This document shows positions 30,701 through 39,484 of a DNA stretch of 64,000 nt, piece by piece. Positions within the stretch are counted from its first letter, which is position 1. Each line of letters begins with the position of its first letter. This stretch comes from a virus (Duplodnaviria > Caudoviricetes). The notes under the pieces were generated by a model that saw nothing but the letters and a program-made list of their open reading frames with translations, was not told where the DNA came from and did no database searches. The position numbers and the translations under genes are program-made. The stretch is taken from positions 14,891 through 78,890 of IMG/VR virus record IMGVR_UViG_3300027751_000009, one strand, 5' to 3'.

Positions 30701-33700
30701 GACCCTCGATTAAGAGTTGAAATGCTACCTATGGATGATGAGTTTAAATTAACCAGACCATTAAAAGATGAAAATGGTAAGGAAACAGAAGCTGCTTTTA
30801 GAAAGCGTTTTAAGCAATGGGAGAAAAATGTTATCGTTAGTAATGATGGTATTCAATATATCTTACCAGAACACGCTGATGCTATACAAGCTTTAAATAA
30901 AGATTTCAATAAAGGTTATAAGCTATACTCACATACTATAGAGAAAGAGAATGCTTGGTTTGCAAATCAGACTTCTCAAATGAAAGGTTATACCACTGTA
31001 CTTACAGAAGAAGCTGTGACTAATGGTAATCAACAGCATCTGTACCCTATATGGAAAATTCTTACCAATAGAAATGAGAAGTTTAAAGCCGACTATCTAA
31101 AGAAATATGGAGAAGAATATGATCCTAATTTCAGAACTCAAACAAGTGTTGATAGTGATAGACCTAAATACATTCCAATAGTAACACCTGTAAGTGCTGA
31201 AAAAGCTGGGTTATTTCATACAAAAGAACTATTAGGTTTAAAGACTAAATTCAGTTTAGAGCAACTTAAAAACCCTGAAGTACAAAAAGAATATGAAGCT
31301 TTATTAGATAAACTATACTATACTGAAAGTGGTTTTGTAGGATTAGATGGTTCTAATTTTGGACCTCAACAGATAATGGATAAGCGTTATACACAAGCGA
31401 CATTCGGAACGCAAGTATTAACGTCTATACCACACGCTAAGAAAGGAGCGCCACTGAATAATGCATTGCGTATACAAGAGCTTATCAATCAACAGAAATG
31501 GGTAAACTTTAAAAAGGCTGTTCTTGATGAAATGGCGAGTTATGAAATTGATGATGATTTTAAATACAGTAGATTTATAAGAGAAGCTGCTAATAAATTA
31601 AATTCAGACCCTTATACTATTGCGGCTTTAACTTATGGAGAGTTACCTTATTCACCTCACGTTGCTGATTTCGCAGGAAACCAATTTAGAGCTCAAATTA
31701 TCAGACATGGTAACAATCTAAAAGTAACAGGTACTTATGGACAGACCATTTCAGATATGGGATATAAATTTGTAACTGATAAAAATGTAGAAGGTTTTAT
31801 AAATAGACCGAATAGAGATAAAACTTATCCAGCTGTAGAACAGTTTATAGATGAGCAAGGGAATGTAAGAAGAAAAAACAATCCTAAAGTATCTAAAGAA
31901 TATATAAATGGTACTTCAAAGCTAAACTCTTATGGTTGGAAAATTGTCGATGGGAAACAAGTTACTGTTCCATTTGAAATTGTACTTCCTGAACCATTAC
32001 CTGGAGATCAGACTGTAGCAAGAGAGTCTATATATGATGAGTTTGGCGGTGTTGATAATGCAAGAGGAAAGTTATTACATAGAAATAAAAAAGGTTTTTT
32101 AACGAATTTCAATACCTTAAAAAGATTAAAGTTATTACATCCTAATGGTACTGTAAATACAGAAGCTATGGATTTAATGCTTGAAGAAAATGGTATCTAC
32201 TCATCTCCTGTAAAAAACGAAAGAAATCGTATTGGTACTTATATACCTGGAGAAACAGTAATGCTTACAAGAATACCACATAACGGACCAGCTTTCGTAG
32301 GTGTTGCAGAAGTGGTAGGTTTTCACGATACCGGAGCTTCAAATATTATTGTTCCTGCTGAATATAGTTGGTTAGTCGGAGCTGACCACGATGGAGATGC
32401 TTTATTTATTTATCAAGCCTCTAAAAGAAAAGATGGTTCTATAGATGAGAGAATGGGAGACTCTTCGGCTGCTAAGGATAAAGGTACTATTAGAGAAGCT
32501 GGATATGGAAATTGGAATAAAGCATTTGATATGTTAATAGAACAATGGACAGCTGAAGATATGCGTATAACTTTAGAAACACCATTGCGTTTTGAGAGTA
32601 ATATGGATGCTATCATAGAAGAAAATAATGAAGCTTTAAATCCAGAGCAATATAAACAACAAAGAGCATTAGAAGAAAAACTAAATAGAGGTCTTATAGA
32701 CCAAAAAGCTTTTGAAAAAAAGTTAGCTGTTATAAAAGCGGAGGCAGACTTTGTTATTCCTTTTGGTACTGAACATTACACAAAGCAATATAACAACTCT
32801 GTAGTTGCTCAACAGACTATTGGTATCGCTTTTAATACGCATAGAGCCTTGAACTTATTAGCTACCTATGAAACAATGTTATCTAATGGTACTGTTAAAG
32901 GTAAAAATTCAAAAGGTGAAATAACTGAAAAACCAAAATTAGTAAACATCAATATAGATGGACAAGTAGAGAGAGGTTTTACAGATAGGAATGCAGACAA
33001 ACCAATAAATAAGAATAAAGGTATTAATTCACGTATTCACTTATCTACTATTCTTGCCAATATCGTATTGGATAGTACTAAGAATGGACACGCTGATGCT
33101 TTAAACTTAAACATTAATAGTATTTCTTCAGCAATGATATTAGTGAACTTAGGGTTTGATATTCAGAAAATAGGGTTACTATTTAATCACCCTATGGCAA
33201 AAGAATACATAGAGAAACGTAATGAAATGGGGAATGACTATTTGGAAACTGGTAGTTATAAGTCTATAATTTATAAATATAAAGAGAAGTATGAAAATAC
33301 CTCTTTAGAGATCTATAGCAATCCAAGTGAATTTAGTGTTACTGTAGACCCAAAGTCAAATCGTTATAATAGTGATGAAAATGGATTTGCTATTCTAAGA
33401 CTGATGCATTATTTATCCAAAATAAGTGATGATATTTCAATCATAACTGATATTACTTCAGGTCATAACAAGATGGAATTAAATGTATTTGCTTTAGAGA
33501 AGCAAGTAACGGATCTAAATGCTTTAATAACTAACAAGAAGCGTGAAGCTGAAATGGTTGGTAAAAAAGAAGGAAAGAAAAATTCTACTCTTTATTTTAG
33601 AGAGAAATCTGATTTAGCTGAAAATTCAATAGAACCATTAATTATAGATAGTCCTGAATTAAAGCATTATAAGAGAATGGCTTTAGAATTTATCAAGCAT

Positions 33701-36700
33701 CAAAGACGTTTGAGTATTATTGAAAACCCTTCTATTAGAGATATTATTACACTTGTAAAAGATAAAGTGACAGCTTCTGCTTTAAGTGGTAGAGAGTTAA
33801 AGCATTTTTCTGAATATCTTGTTCCTTTTATCTATGGTAGATTGTTAGGTGTTAATAATATTGACGTATCAGAGATAAATGATATTTTCCAATATGAAGA
33901 TGAAATTGCAGTTGGAGAAGATGCGCTATTGCCATTAGCTACAGAGTTGAAGAATTATGCAGAAATGTTAGATGATGAGCTACATACTTATTGGGAAGAC
34001 CCAAACAATGTTGGAAATAAAGATACTGATTATACACGTTCTCGTTTATTCAAGCAAGGTATCATTATAGAAGCTGGAAAAATAAAACTAAATCCACAAG
34101 TATTACAACAACATTATACGCACCCTGATAGAATAATGCTACAGAATGAATTTTCTGAATTGCCATTAGCCTTACAACGTAAATTAGTATTGTATGATTT
34201 AGTGAAAAATGGTTGGAATGGAGAAGAGTCTTTATATCCTATTTTCCCTTATGATATTACATCTTATATAACTTCAAGAGCTAAAATGTTTAAAGAAAAT
34301 GAAGAAGAATTTGCTGATAATATCATTAAAAAAGCGTACAAAAGAATACGTGATTTAGAATCATTAGCGGCAGAAGAAAATGATATGAACTATTTGCCAA
34401 GTGTCTTTTTAAATAAAGAGCTTCCAAATTTAACAGACGATCCAAGCTCTAAATCTTTTGAAGAGTTGTATAAAAAATTAGGGCACAATAAAGCTGTTAC
34501 CAATAGGATAAATGGTAGAGAAAACTTTAGAGTAAATGTATCTTATATCAGTGGTGGTAAGAGAATAAATAAGGTTATCGAAATTAATGCTATTGGCCCT
34601 TATGTTACTAAAGATGATGGTATAACCGAGTATAGTGAGTCTAAAGCTAAAGATAATGACGAATGGTCAGCTATAGCAAGAGATTTAATAACAAGTAAAA
34701 CAAGTAGAGGTTTTAAACTTGTTGGAGAACCTAAATTAGAATTATTAGAAACAAGTAATAATGTGCCTAAGAGAGCTCATATGATATTGATTAATGATAA
34801 TTCAACTGATGATAATGGTGGTTTTATAAAAGATGATGGTGTAGTTCCTAACATATTGAGTAAAGAGGCTATTGATGAAGATGCTATTTTGCAAGAAGAA
34901 AAGAACTCTAAAAAAAAAAGTAGTGTCGTAGGTAGATTTTTTAAAGATGATTACTATAATTATACAAGAGAGGACTCACTAGACCAATCAGAACTAATGA
35001 ACGCTTATGAATATAAGCAATCTTTAACATACATTCAGGAGGCTCGTATTTGGCTTAATTATCTAAGAGATAAGAAAAAGACAAACAGCTTCCTGGAAAA
35101 GTATAAAGAAGGAGAATTTAAAAAGCATCTACAAGATATAGATACTGAAGAAGTTTTAAAACTTTATAACACTTGGGGTAGATATGATGCTTATGCAGCG
35201 GCTAACATTATGGTTCCTGTTATGCTTGAACTTACCCAACGTGCTTCCAATGAACAATCAGCACTTACTAAAGTACAAGAAGGTCAAAATGATATTGGTG
35301 TAATCAAAGCTTGGTTTCAAACTAATAACATAGACTCTACACATCCAGCAACACAAGCTGTACAACGTGAATTAGAGACAGAGTTTAAAGGCTTTATGAA
35401 TGAACGTAAGAAATATCTTACGCGTATCAATGATGCTACAGAAAACTTATATGCTGAAAAATTCAATTACAATCCAGCTAAAAATAGTTTCATAAAGAAA
35501 ATACAGAGAGCTGCAGTATTACTATTTAAAAATCGTGATGATATTTACCGTATTCTTTATGGCAATATTATTACTACAGAATATCGTACAGAACGTGGTA
35601 AAGACCAAAAACGATATGCATTATTATCTGATAATATCTTACGACAAAAATTAGCTAATAATGAAATCACACAAGTTGAATACAACTTTGCTAAAACATT
35701 TCGTGAGATCACTAATGAGTTAGACCCAAAGATAAATGACGATAAATATATTGGTGGAGGAATACCAGCGATTGGTATGGGAAGATTAGAGTCTTTTGGT
35801 AGGAAAGGACTATTAGGTGTCTTAATTAACTCTCGACCAATAGATGAGGCTATAGGTGATGTAGAGTTAGAGTTTGAAGGTCAATTAATGAGATTTAAAC
35901 ATATAGAAGATATCTTTAGACAAGATAAAAAGAGCAGTTGGAAAACTAATAAAGAGTATATACAACTTCGCAATAAAGCAAAGAAACTCTTTAAAGTTAA
36001 AAAGAATGAAGATGGCTCTATGTTTAAGCATGAAGATGTGTTCAACCATACTATCTTAGGTGATGGAATGGTAAACAACTTTGCGAATGGTGGTTGGATA
36101 AATGCAGACCATATGGCTTCATTAGATTTAAACAAAGCACTCTCTGATTTTACACATACTCAACTATTCATTACAGGTAATAAGAACTTTAAAGGTTTTA
36201 AAGCACTACAAGCTACTGTAGATGGACTTTTATTACATAACAAGATGAAAGGCTTTGTAAACCAAAACAAGTTCGTTAGAAAGGTTTATAAGGAGTATTT
36301 CTTAAAAGCTAAGAAATTACAAAAAGACAGTTCTGGAGATAGAGTGATAGATGCTATTGTTAGAGGAAACCTATTATACATAATGGGTTGGAAACTATTA
36401 GCAGTAGGTAAAGGAATGTACACTATTGGAAATGTTGTAGTAGGAAAGTATAACAACATTAAAAATCAAGGTGGTAAAGCCTGGTTAATGGGAGAGAGTA
36501 GATTTTGGGGTAAACATAAAAAAGCTATGGGTATCTTAAAAACTATAAACTTTACAGATGCTAATTTCTATGACGATGTGAACTTACAATCCTCATCAGG
36601 ATTAGATTCTATATTTACTGATATTGCTCTTTGGCCTATGATGGCTTCAGAGAAATGGATTCAAGGTGTACACTTTTTAGGAATGTTATCAAAAGAGCAA

Positions 36701-37285
36701 TATGATAAATTTGATGAAAATGGTAACTACAAAGTAGGAGAGACTGAAATAACAGCACAAGAGCTTACTAAAATGGAGAATGAAGTTAAGAACTCACATG
36801 GTAAAGGTTACACACCTACAGACCAGAGATTGATACAACGTTACTCTTGGGGTAGAGCTATTATGCAGTTCAGTCGTTTTATACCTACAATGGTATATGA
36901 CAAGTTTGCTAAAGAAGATGTAAATATCTACGGAGAAAAACATATTGGTAGCTTAACAGCTGTATGGGAAATGATAGCTAAGTTTACAGGTGGTGAAATA
37001 CCTATCGGTCAACTTGGTGCTTACCGGGCAGGATTAGAACCTCAAATAAGAGCTCGTTTTGATGCAGGACTAAAAGGATTGGCAATGATTTCTGTAGCTA
37101 TTATAGCAGGAGAAACTATGAATTTAGGTGTAGCAAGAGAGCTTACTGGTGATGCTAATTATTTAGTAAATACCAGCAAGCTTGAATTTAAAGCTATGCC
37201 ATCTTCAGTAAGAACAATTTTAAATATGCTAAGTGGTCTTGCACCAACATCTGATGCAGTAGCTATGGAAGGGAAAGGATTATAA
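24794..37285 (+). CDS. Virion-packaged RNA polymerase polyprotein (crAss-like, double-psi beta-barrel) with zincin domain
   Basis: 4163 aa; TRIPH...GADHDGDAL (D2531-D2535, nt 32384-32398) is the catalytic DxDGD motif; HEFAH at aa 1122 with downstream DELFA; last gene of the virion block, as in crAss-like phages. Confidence 0.85.
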   Translation: MTDFLKVLQQAQVDKNVSQRNPVGSPTDGENEITLTEQDIDNANKPQGRLVKDPTNVNVQDGPNYPGNGISPEEDPTAGMTPEQIALEQTRMDRTPVQGEISEPLPENPYTWTPEYTQRGFVEEIGTSLMRGFGKHVVGGTGDILALVNGLIPGWEIREGNALSRGLQEVGKEFEENYKVFMPDELKDNEFTLATFTNPNFWTKTAAEYIPQLVEMIILSKGAGGVAKRTAQSGVKGLSKGMTRESLERIGSKVVANSEAQVMKGVAAQSNKILGQGPKGWRALFMDTTGEATAGFATGAEMFGGGLGMNLLAGLQNAGGLMNEMKDLRDSDGNLLYTEEQLADMASSTMIENLKYLPVDMLSYGMVYAKSTGQFNKLLNPFNKTQGKKFFNSAEQLTASSKSFTRSITPIMQAVNATESKLLKYGKKLKNTASAVSKPLFEGYEETFQETFEDWAKKKAVAKVTGQPITIDGKKSDGSMPSYFEFYLSKENEATRTIAFALGMLGGAGSNIVEAVNKKAEIAAKNYSRAELMKRAAKNELEYDYQAIFLKEQLVDNAMDGNVDSVAMLEAMAEEGIISEDMKSDYITFAKNMTLEAVKAKSLGLNDLGKVAYLNHKFNEQANKNGYKFEKAKVDEKIKNLNEEYQGKEDTKEYKAKMKDVEDSWETMENMFARDIHEAQQGILGILSGKKGDVSNITHEKLKAVQNQEGNTVAIALSEQDYNDYYNKTNDEIYKDARNKKYDPRGMFSKLGSGVKNAFKTVKEGLIGFKEKTEEKIAEIKNKGLDGLTPEQRTQYDKAKASKEAIDTELASMKIGEDGVTKDSYNAKKAEATALEVEMADLLAKSKANIQSTIKNAKGGRAYMDPLLEPEEEADEEAPVRKPGMMDKLIKSLFTKKNQTEENIIATEEEIAKKLEDAKIDFTDEVKAKKALERLISTEDGVIQSLQTKDDFNKEEFIAYLMKMGKEGNFKSETKIEKEARIDRNAKKKKKTEEIKKAQRETPTGKNVRQHDLGKKFNDPNWNKEYKKIVKQDPTQATLLQEEYDEYLSSIQAGLKYGPTAIIQQVAVNQHLRQLYPDSKIQAYAMNNMVDALGGTKALGYAALAGIFIDEKVWFQSEIFMHEFAHIHYSLSKNDPATVELMKQALNDKQLVSRIEDEYADDVVYYYAQPGWKSGMKKDKIFFGDMTAEQKDQLGKPHRNGVLMARKAPMHEQPVIMDELFANYLQGPMSKKFSKYFNPRTDLPRQAQVKNWWRRIKDKAKKQEDNNFNLAQKLSEEKLDGTNINDHIMNNFVSMIQGKPVTVGGRFALDNEKSTITKEDNLDIMKRLREEQAKSRNKQNKADIKMVEAFYAPIKIDEDKKGTLVDDWDLWDRPLPEANEEFSQVDALEKLNQDIETNIGTMWDDNYNATMMKTTEVIKHFVEQFNKVSNERKSAEIEAVKNDPKAKKVDAMYTEGINLNKFTEGLMDLAYMYDSPIDFIRVLEQTNDIHQKEFMKHLNAEFKQDALQRLVTMHLLYGNTAIIPGIIHTVDKNGEYTSVTAQSANDPIIIKRTLKQLSRKTIEQKNLLEDAIDILERGDIETREVQEAAAEIIKFYGHDLNIAKKIIGNGYLIINKKNVPIVSALKQLLNATEQEIIPFTGNKSNDEFMMAGTVRTKLKPIKDRNERIISSILLTGKRFGSTSVVKGPTGNNVTTRMFSNHAIKLFNKIVVDLKNSEYTGKAKKEFITKYSNSDKSVTVSSFNPLLESFYDNFHLKGELPLMVLDFGSKNEMFNKAKNYKDMSAEQQLINELLQFTESIKNEDSNYLGSMDILGNSSRRLLVGLPRIENILTADGNFNAKGASHLNKIFSIYESLNKDKKKAMEGIPNKIGANFPQFEKAIKKDADKWIKYLAEHSESLSKVKSLQPFYQTKDGTVLNKLTKEGETLIKNFIFNRVANTFYVHEMMSPGLFLDGLTKNNKGHVAPVIALDPRLRVEMLPMDDEFKLTRPLKDENGKETEAAFRKRFKQWEKNVIVSNDGIQYILPEHADAIQALNKDFNKGYKLYSHTIEKENAWFANQTSQMKGYTTVLTEEAVTNGNQQHLYPIWKILTNRNEKFKADYLKKYGEEYDPNFRTQTSVDSDRPKYIPIVTPVSAEKAGLFHTKELLGLKTKFSLEQLKNPEVQKEYEALLDKLYYTESGFVGLDGSNFGPQQIMDKRYTQATFGTQVLTSIPHAKKGAPLNNALRIQELINQQKWVNFKKAVLDEMASYEIDDDFKYSRFIREAANKLNSDPYTIAALTYGELPYSPHVADFAGNQFRAQIIRHGNNLKVTGTYGQTISDMGYKFVTDKNVEGFINRPNRDKTYPAVEQFIDEQGNVRRKNNPKVSKEYINGTSKLNSYGWKIVDGKQVTVPFEIVLPEPLPGDQTVARESIYDEFGGVDNARGKLLHRNKKGFLTNFNTLKRLKLLHPNGTVNTEAMDLMLEENGIYSSPVKNERNRIGTYIPGETVMLTRIPHNGPAFVGVAEVVGFHDTGASNIIVPAEYSWLVGADHDGDALFIYQASKRKDGSIDERMGDSSAAKDKGTIREAGYGNWNKAFDMLIEQWTAEDMRITLETPLRFESNMDAIIEENNEALNPEQYKQQRALEEKLNRGLIDQKAFEKKLAVIKAEADFVIPFGTEHYTKQYNNSVVAQQTIGIAFNTHRALNLLATYETMLSNGTVKGKNSKGEITEKPKLVNINIDGQVERGFTDRNADKPINKNKGINSRIHLSTILANIVLDSTKNGHADALNLNINSISSAMILVNLGFDIQKIGLLFNHPMAKEYIEKRNEMGNDYLETGSYKSIIYKYKEKYENTSLEIYSNPSEFSVTVDPKSNRYNSDENGFAILRLMHYLSKISDDISIITDITSGHNKMELNVFALEKQVTDLNALITNKKREAEMVGKKEGKKNSTLYFREKSDLAENSIEPLIIDSPELKHYKRMALEFIKHQRRLSIIENPSIRDIITLVKDKVTASALSGRELKHFSEYLVPFIYGRLLGVNNIDVSEINDIFQYEDEIAVGEDALLPLATELKNYAEMLDDELHTYWEDPNNVGNKDTDYTRSRLFKQGIIIEAGKIKLNPQVLQQHYTHPDRIMLQNEFSELPLALQRKLVLYDLVKNGWNGEESLYPIFPYDITSYITSRAKMFKENEEEFADNIIKKAYKRIRDLESLAAEENDMNYLPSVFLNKELPNLTDDPSSKSFEELYKKLGHNKAVTNRINGRENFRVNVSYISGGKRINKVIEINAIGPYVTKDDGITEYSESKAKDNDEWSAIARDLITSKTSRGFKLVGEPKLELLETSNNVPKRAHMILINDNSTDDNGGFIKDDGVVPNILSKEAIDEDAILQEEKNSKKKSSVVGRFFKDDYYNYTREDSLDQSELMNAYEYKQSLTYIQEARIWLNYLRDKKKTNSFLEKYKEGEFKKHLQDIDTEEVLKLYNTWGRYDAYAAANIMVPVMLELTQRASNEQSALTKVQEGQNDIGVIKAWFQTNNIDSTHPATQAVQRELETEFKGFMNERKKYLTRINDATENLYAEKFNYNPAKNSFIKKIQRAAVLLFKNRDDIYRILYGNIITTEYRTERGKDQKRYALLSDNILRQKLANNEITQVEYNFAKTFREITNELDPKINDDKYIGGGIPAIGMGRLESFGRKGLLGVLINSRPIDEAIGDVELEFEGQLMRFKHIEDIFRQDKKSSWKTNKEYIQLRNKAKKLFKVKKNEDGSMFKHEDVFNHTILGDGMVNNFANGGWINADHMASLDLNKALSDFTHTQLFITGNKNFKGFKALQATVDGLLLHNKMKGFVNQNKFVRKVYKEYFLKAKKLQKDSSGDRVIDAIVRGNLLYIMGWKLLAVGKGMYTIGNVVVGKYNNIKNQGGKAWLMGESRFWGKHKKAMGILKTINFTDANFYDDVNLQSSSGLDSIFTDIALWPMMASEKWIQGVHFLGMLSKEQYDKFDENGNYKVGETEITAQELTKMENEVKNSHGKGYTPTDQRLIQRYSWGRAIMQFSRFIPTMVYDKFAKEDVNIYGEKHIGSLTAVWEMIAKFTGGEIPIGQLGAYRAGLEPQIRARFDAGLKGLAMISVAIIAGETMNLGVARELTGDANYLVNTSKLEFKAMPSSVRTILNMLSGLAPTSDAVAMEGKGL

Positions 37286-37465
37286 TTTCTTCCATTTAAT
37301 ATTTTTAGCTTCCCTTTTAAGCGCCTCATCAAAAGCTTTTCTTTGTTGGGGCGTTAAATTTTCATCTAATTCTTTCCAATAATTTTTAGGACGATTTTTA
37401 GAAAGTTCATTCATAAGTTCTTCTAAATCTTTTATTGTCGTTATATATTTTTTCTTTTTAGTCAT
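37280..37465 (-). CDS. Hypothetical protein
   Basis: Co-oriented with the - strand block and tightly packed. Confidence 0.6.
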   Translation of the reverse strand: MTKKKKYITTIKDLEELMNELSKNRPKNYWKELDENLTPQQRKAFDEALKREAKNIKWKKL

Positions 37466-37468
37466 AAT

Positions 37469-37840
37469 TTATAAATTAGGTGGTGGAGGTGGAGGCGGTG
37501 GTGGTGCCATTCTTTTTGGTGGAGGTGGTGGAAACCTTATTATCTTTTTTGGTGCCTGTACAATATTGTTTTGCCTCTCAATTTCAGGCTTGACTTTCTT
37601 CTCATAAAGAAGTTTATAGAGTTGATGTATCTCATACCCTAAATACTTTTGGACAAACGGTTCTTTTTTTGATAGTACAGGTCTTTCATATCTATATTGA
37701 TAAGCTAATCGGACTAAAGGCCAATGTTTGCTATAATTATCTATATGTGGATATACCTGATATCCATATTTTAAGCATATAGACATTATCTTGACTTCTT
37801 TTTTTGTTGCAAAGTAATGAGCTTTAGCCTTATTAGCCAT
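37469..37840 (-). CDS. Hypothetical protein with polyproline C-terminus
   Basis: Ends FPPPPPKRMAPPPPPPPPPNL. Confidence 0.65.
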   Translation of the reverse strand: MANKAKAHYFATKKEVKIMSICLKYGYQVYPHIDNYSKHWPLVRLAYQYRYERPVLSKKEPFVQKYLGYEIHQLYKLLYEKKVKPEIERQNNIVQAPKKIIRFPPPPPKRMAPPPPPPPPPNL

Positions 37841-37843
37841 TGT

Positions 37844-38275
37844 TTATAATTTGATTTTAATTTGTTCTTCTGGTAAAGGTATTTCACAAGTAAAGATTTC
37901 CATTGCTAAACGTCTACATTTTTCGTGGAACTCTTCTTGATCTGTAGTACTATTCTCTTTAGTGCTTTTAGACATTCTTACATATTCTCCTGTATCTGTA
38001 TGCTTTTCTTCATAGTTACAATTGAACTTTAGAAATTCGTGAACTTCTTGTGCTGTAAGATACTCTCCCCATTCTTGCTCTAACAACTTCTGCCAGATAA
38101 CAACAATAACACCAAAGTAATATCTGTTCTGCTTAACGCTACGCTCTTTACTATTGACTTTAATAGTTAGAGTTACTGTCTTGCCATTAAAAGAAGTGAT
38201 AGCTTCTCTAATACGATTAATATTACGAGAGAAGCTACCATTCTTTATTTCAGTTATGATTTCAAACTGTTTCAT
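37844..38275 (-). CDS. NinB/YbcN-like recombination protein
   Basis: RSVKQNRYYFG...VHEFLK...STKENST..QEEF...IPLP pattern. Confidence 0.55.
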   Translation of the reverse strand: MKQFEIITEIKNGSFSRNINRIREAITSFNGKTVTLTIKVNSKERSVKQNRYYFGVIVVIWQKLLEQEWGEYLTAQEVHEFLKFNCNYEEKHTDTGEYVRMSKSTKENSTTDQEEFHEKCRRLAMEIFTCEIPLPEEQIKIKL

Positions 38276-38592
38276 TACACTAAGTCTTCAAATTTTTGTC
38301 CTTTTAATAATGCTACCATTTTTAATGCAAATTCTTCACTCACATGAGGTCTATGTAATGGAACTCCTATTGGTTGTTCAAATTTGATTGGTTGCTTATG
38401 CATTTCTTCACTTGCTTGTTTAAACTCCAAAGATTTAAGTTCATCATACGGTGCTACATATATAACAAAATCTTTGCTCACATATATAACTACATTGGCT
38501 TGTGTATTATAAAACAAACCAGTATGTGGATATTTCTCTTTAAGATAAACATCAGAGACATCTATCTTACTTTCATGAATTTCTATTTTCAT
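38275..38592 (-). CDS. Hypothetical protein
   Basis: Packed operon with 1-nt stop/start overlaps. Confidence 0.6.
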   Translation of the reverse strand: MKIEIHESKIDVSDVYLKEKYPHTGLFYNTQANVVIYVSKDFVIYVAPYDELKSLEFKQASEEMHKQPIKFEQPIGVPLHRPHVSEEFALKMVALLKGQKFEDLV

Positions 38593-38819
38593 TATTCTTT
38601 AATATTTGAAACGATAATATTTGTTACATAAATATCATCATTAAGTTTATAAAAATTAACATCATAATTTATTTTCATTGGAATATTCAAGAAGTTTACA
38701 AAAACAGGATAATAGTTTTTTATACCTAATGACTTCGTAAATTCATTCAATGTATTCTCAAACATATCTTCATGTTCTTGTATTAATATCTTGTTGCGTT
38801 CCGAAAAATAAATAACCAT
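38592..38819 (-). CDS. Hypothetical protein
   Basis: Packed operon. Confidence 0.6.
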   Translation of the reverse strand: MVIYFSERNKILIQEHEDMFENTLNEFTKSLGIKNYYPVFVNFLNIPMKINYDVNFYKLNDDIYVTNIIVSNIKE

Positions 38820-38965
38820 TAGTAAGTAGTTTTCTTTAGCTTTAAAATTCTACCTGTTAGTTGTCCACTTACAAGTTCTACGCTATGAATAGCGAAATCT
38901 TCTGTTACTTCATTATCTTGATTTAAAACGATAACTCTGTCTACTTTTGATAAGTCTATTTTCAT
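38819..38965 (-). CDS. 48-aa hypothetical protein (not in the ORF track)
   Basis: MKIDLSKVDRVIVLNQDNEVTEDFAIHSVELVSGQLTGRILKLKKTTY*; fills the gap exactly. Confidence 0.55.
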   Translation of the reverse strand: MKIDLSKVDRVIVLNQDNEVTEDFAIHSVELVSGQLTGRILKLKKTTY

Positions 38966-38968
38966 AAT

Positions 38969-39484
38969 TTATTGTGTTATAAATAAGGTGCAATACCAAT
39001 ATCTGTTACTACTACTTTTTACAATTCCTATACCTATGTAATCCCATTCAGCATTAAGCATATTCTTTCTATGGCTTTCACTTTTTACCCAAGCATTAAA
39101 TACACCATCAGGACTGTTATAGCCAAAACCTATATTCTCTCCTACACTATCAGCACCAAGCTGAATTAACTCATTAGCTTCATCTACCCATTGTAAATGA
39201 CTCAATTCATTTTGAGATATCATTTCAAGGCATCTTAGTTTAGATAATTCAGTAGCATAGCTATCAGCTTTTAATACCTTATCAACATTACAGTCTTTCC
39301 TATAAGTATTAATAAGTGTAAATAAATGCTGTTCTAAAGTTCCTAATTTAGCTGGTATGTAATGATAGTCAAGCCCTTTTGTAAAAGGATTGTTTCTTGA
39401 CCTAAAAGTTACATATTGATAAATTACAGCTGTAGCAAGTGCGATACAGAATAAGGTAATAATTATAATAGCAATTGGACTCAT
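38969..39484 (-). CDS. Membrane-anchored CAP (SCP/PR-1, YkwD-like) domain protein
   Basis: LINTYR...LSH...GENIG.GY.SPDGVFNAWVKSESHRKNMLN..WDYIGIG is the canonical CAP signature; N-terminal TM segment. Confidence 0.85.
   Translation of the reverse strand: MSPIAIIIITLFCIALATAVIYQYVTFRSRNNPFTKGLDYHYIPAKLGTLEQHLFTLINTYRKDCNVDKVLKADSYATELSKLRCLEMISQNELSHLQWVDEANELIQLGADSVGENIGFGYNSPDGVFNAWVKSESHRKNMLNAEWDYIGIGIVKSSSNRYWYCTLFITQ

Noticed and set aside
24794-37285. N4-type (T7-like) virion RNA polymerase
   Set aside because: The motif is R.P...GADHDGD (two-barrel type); no T7-like motifs were recognised.
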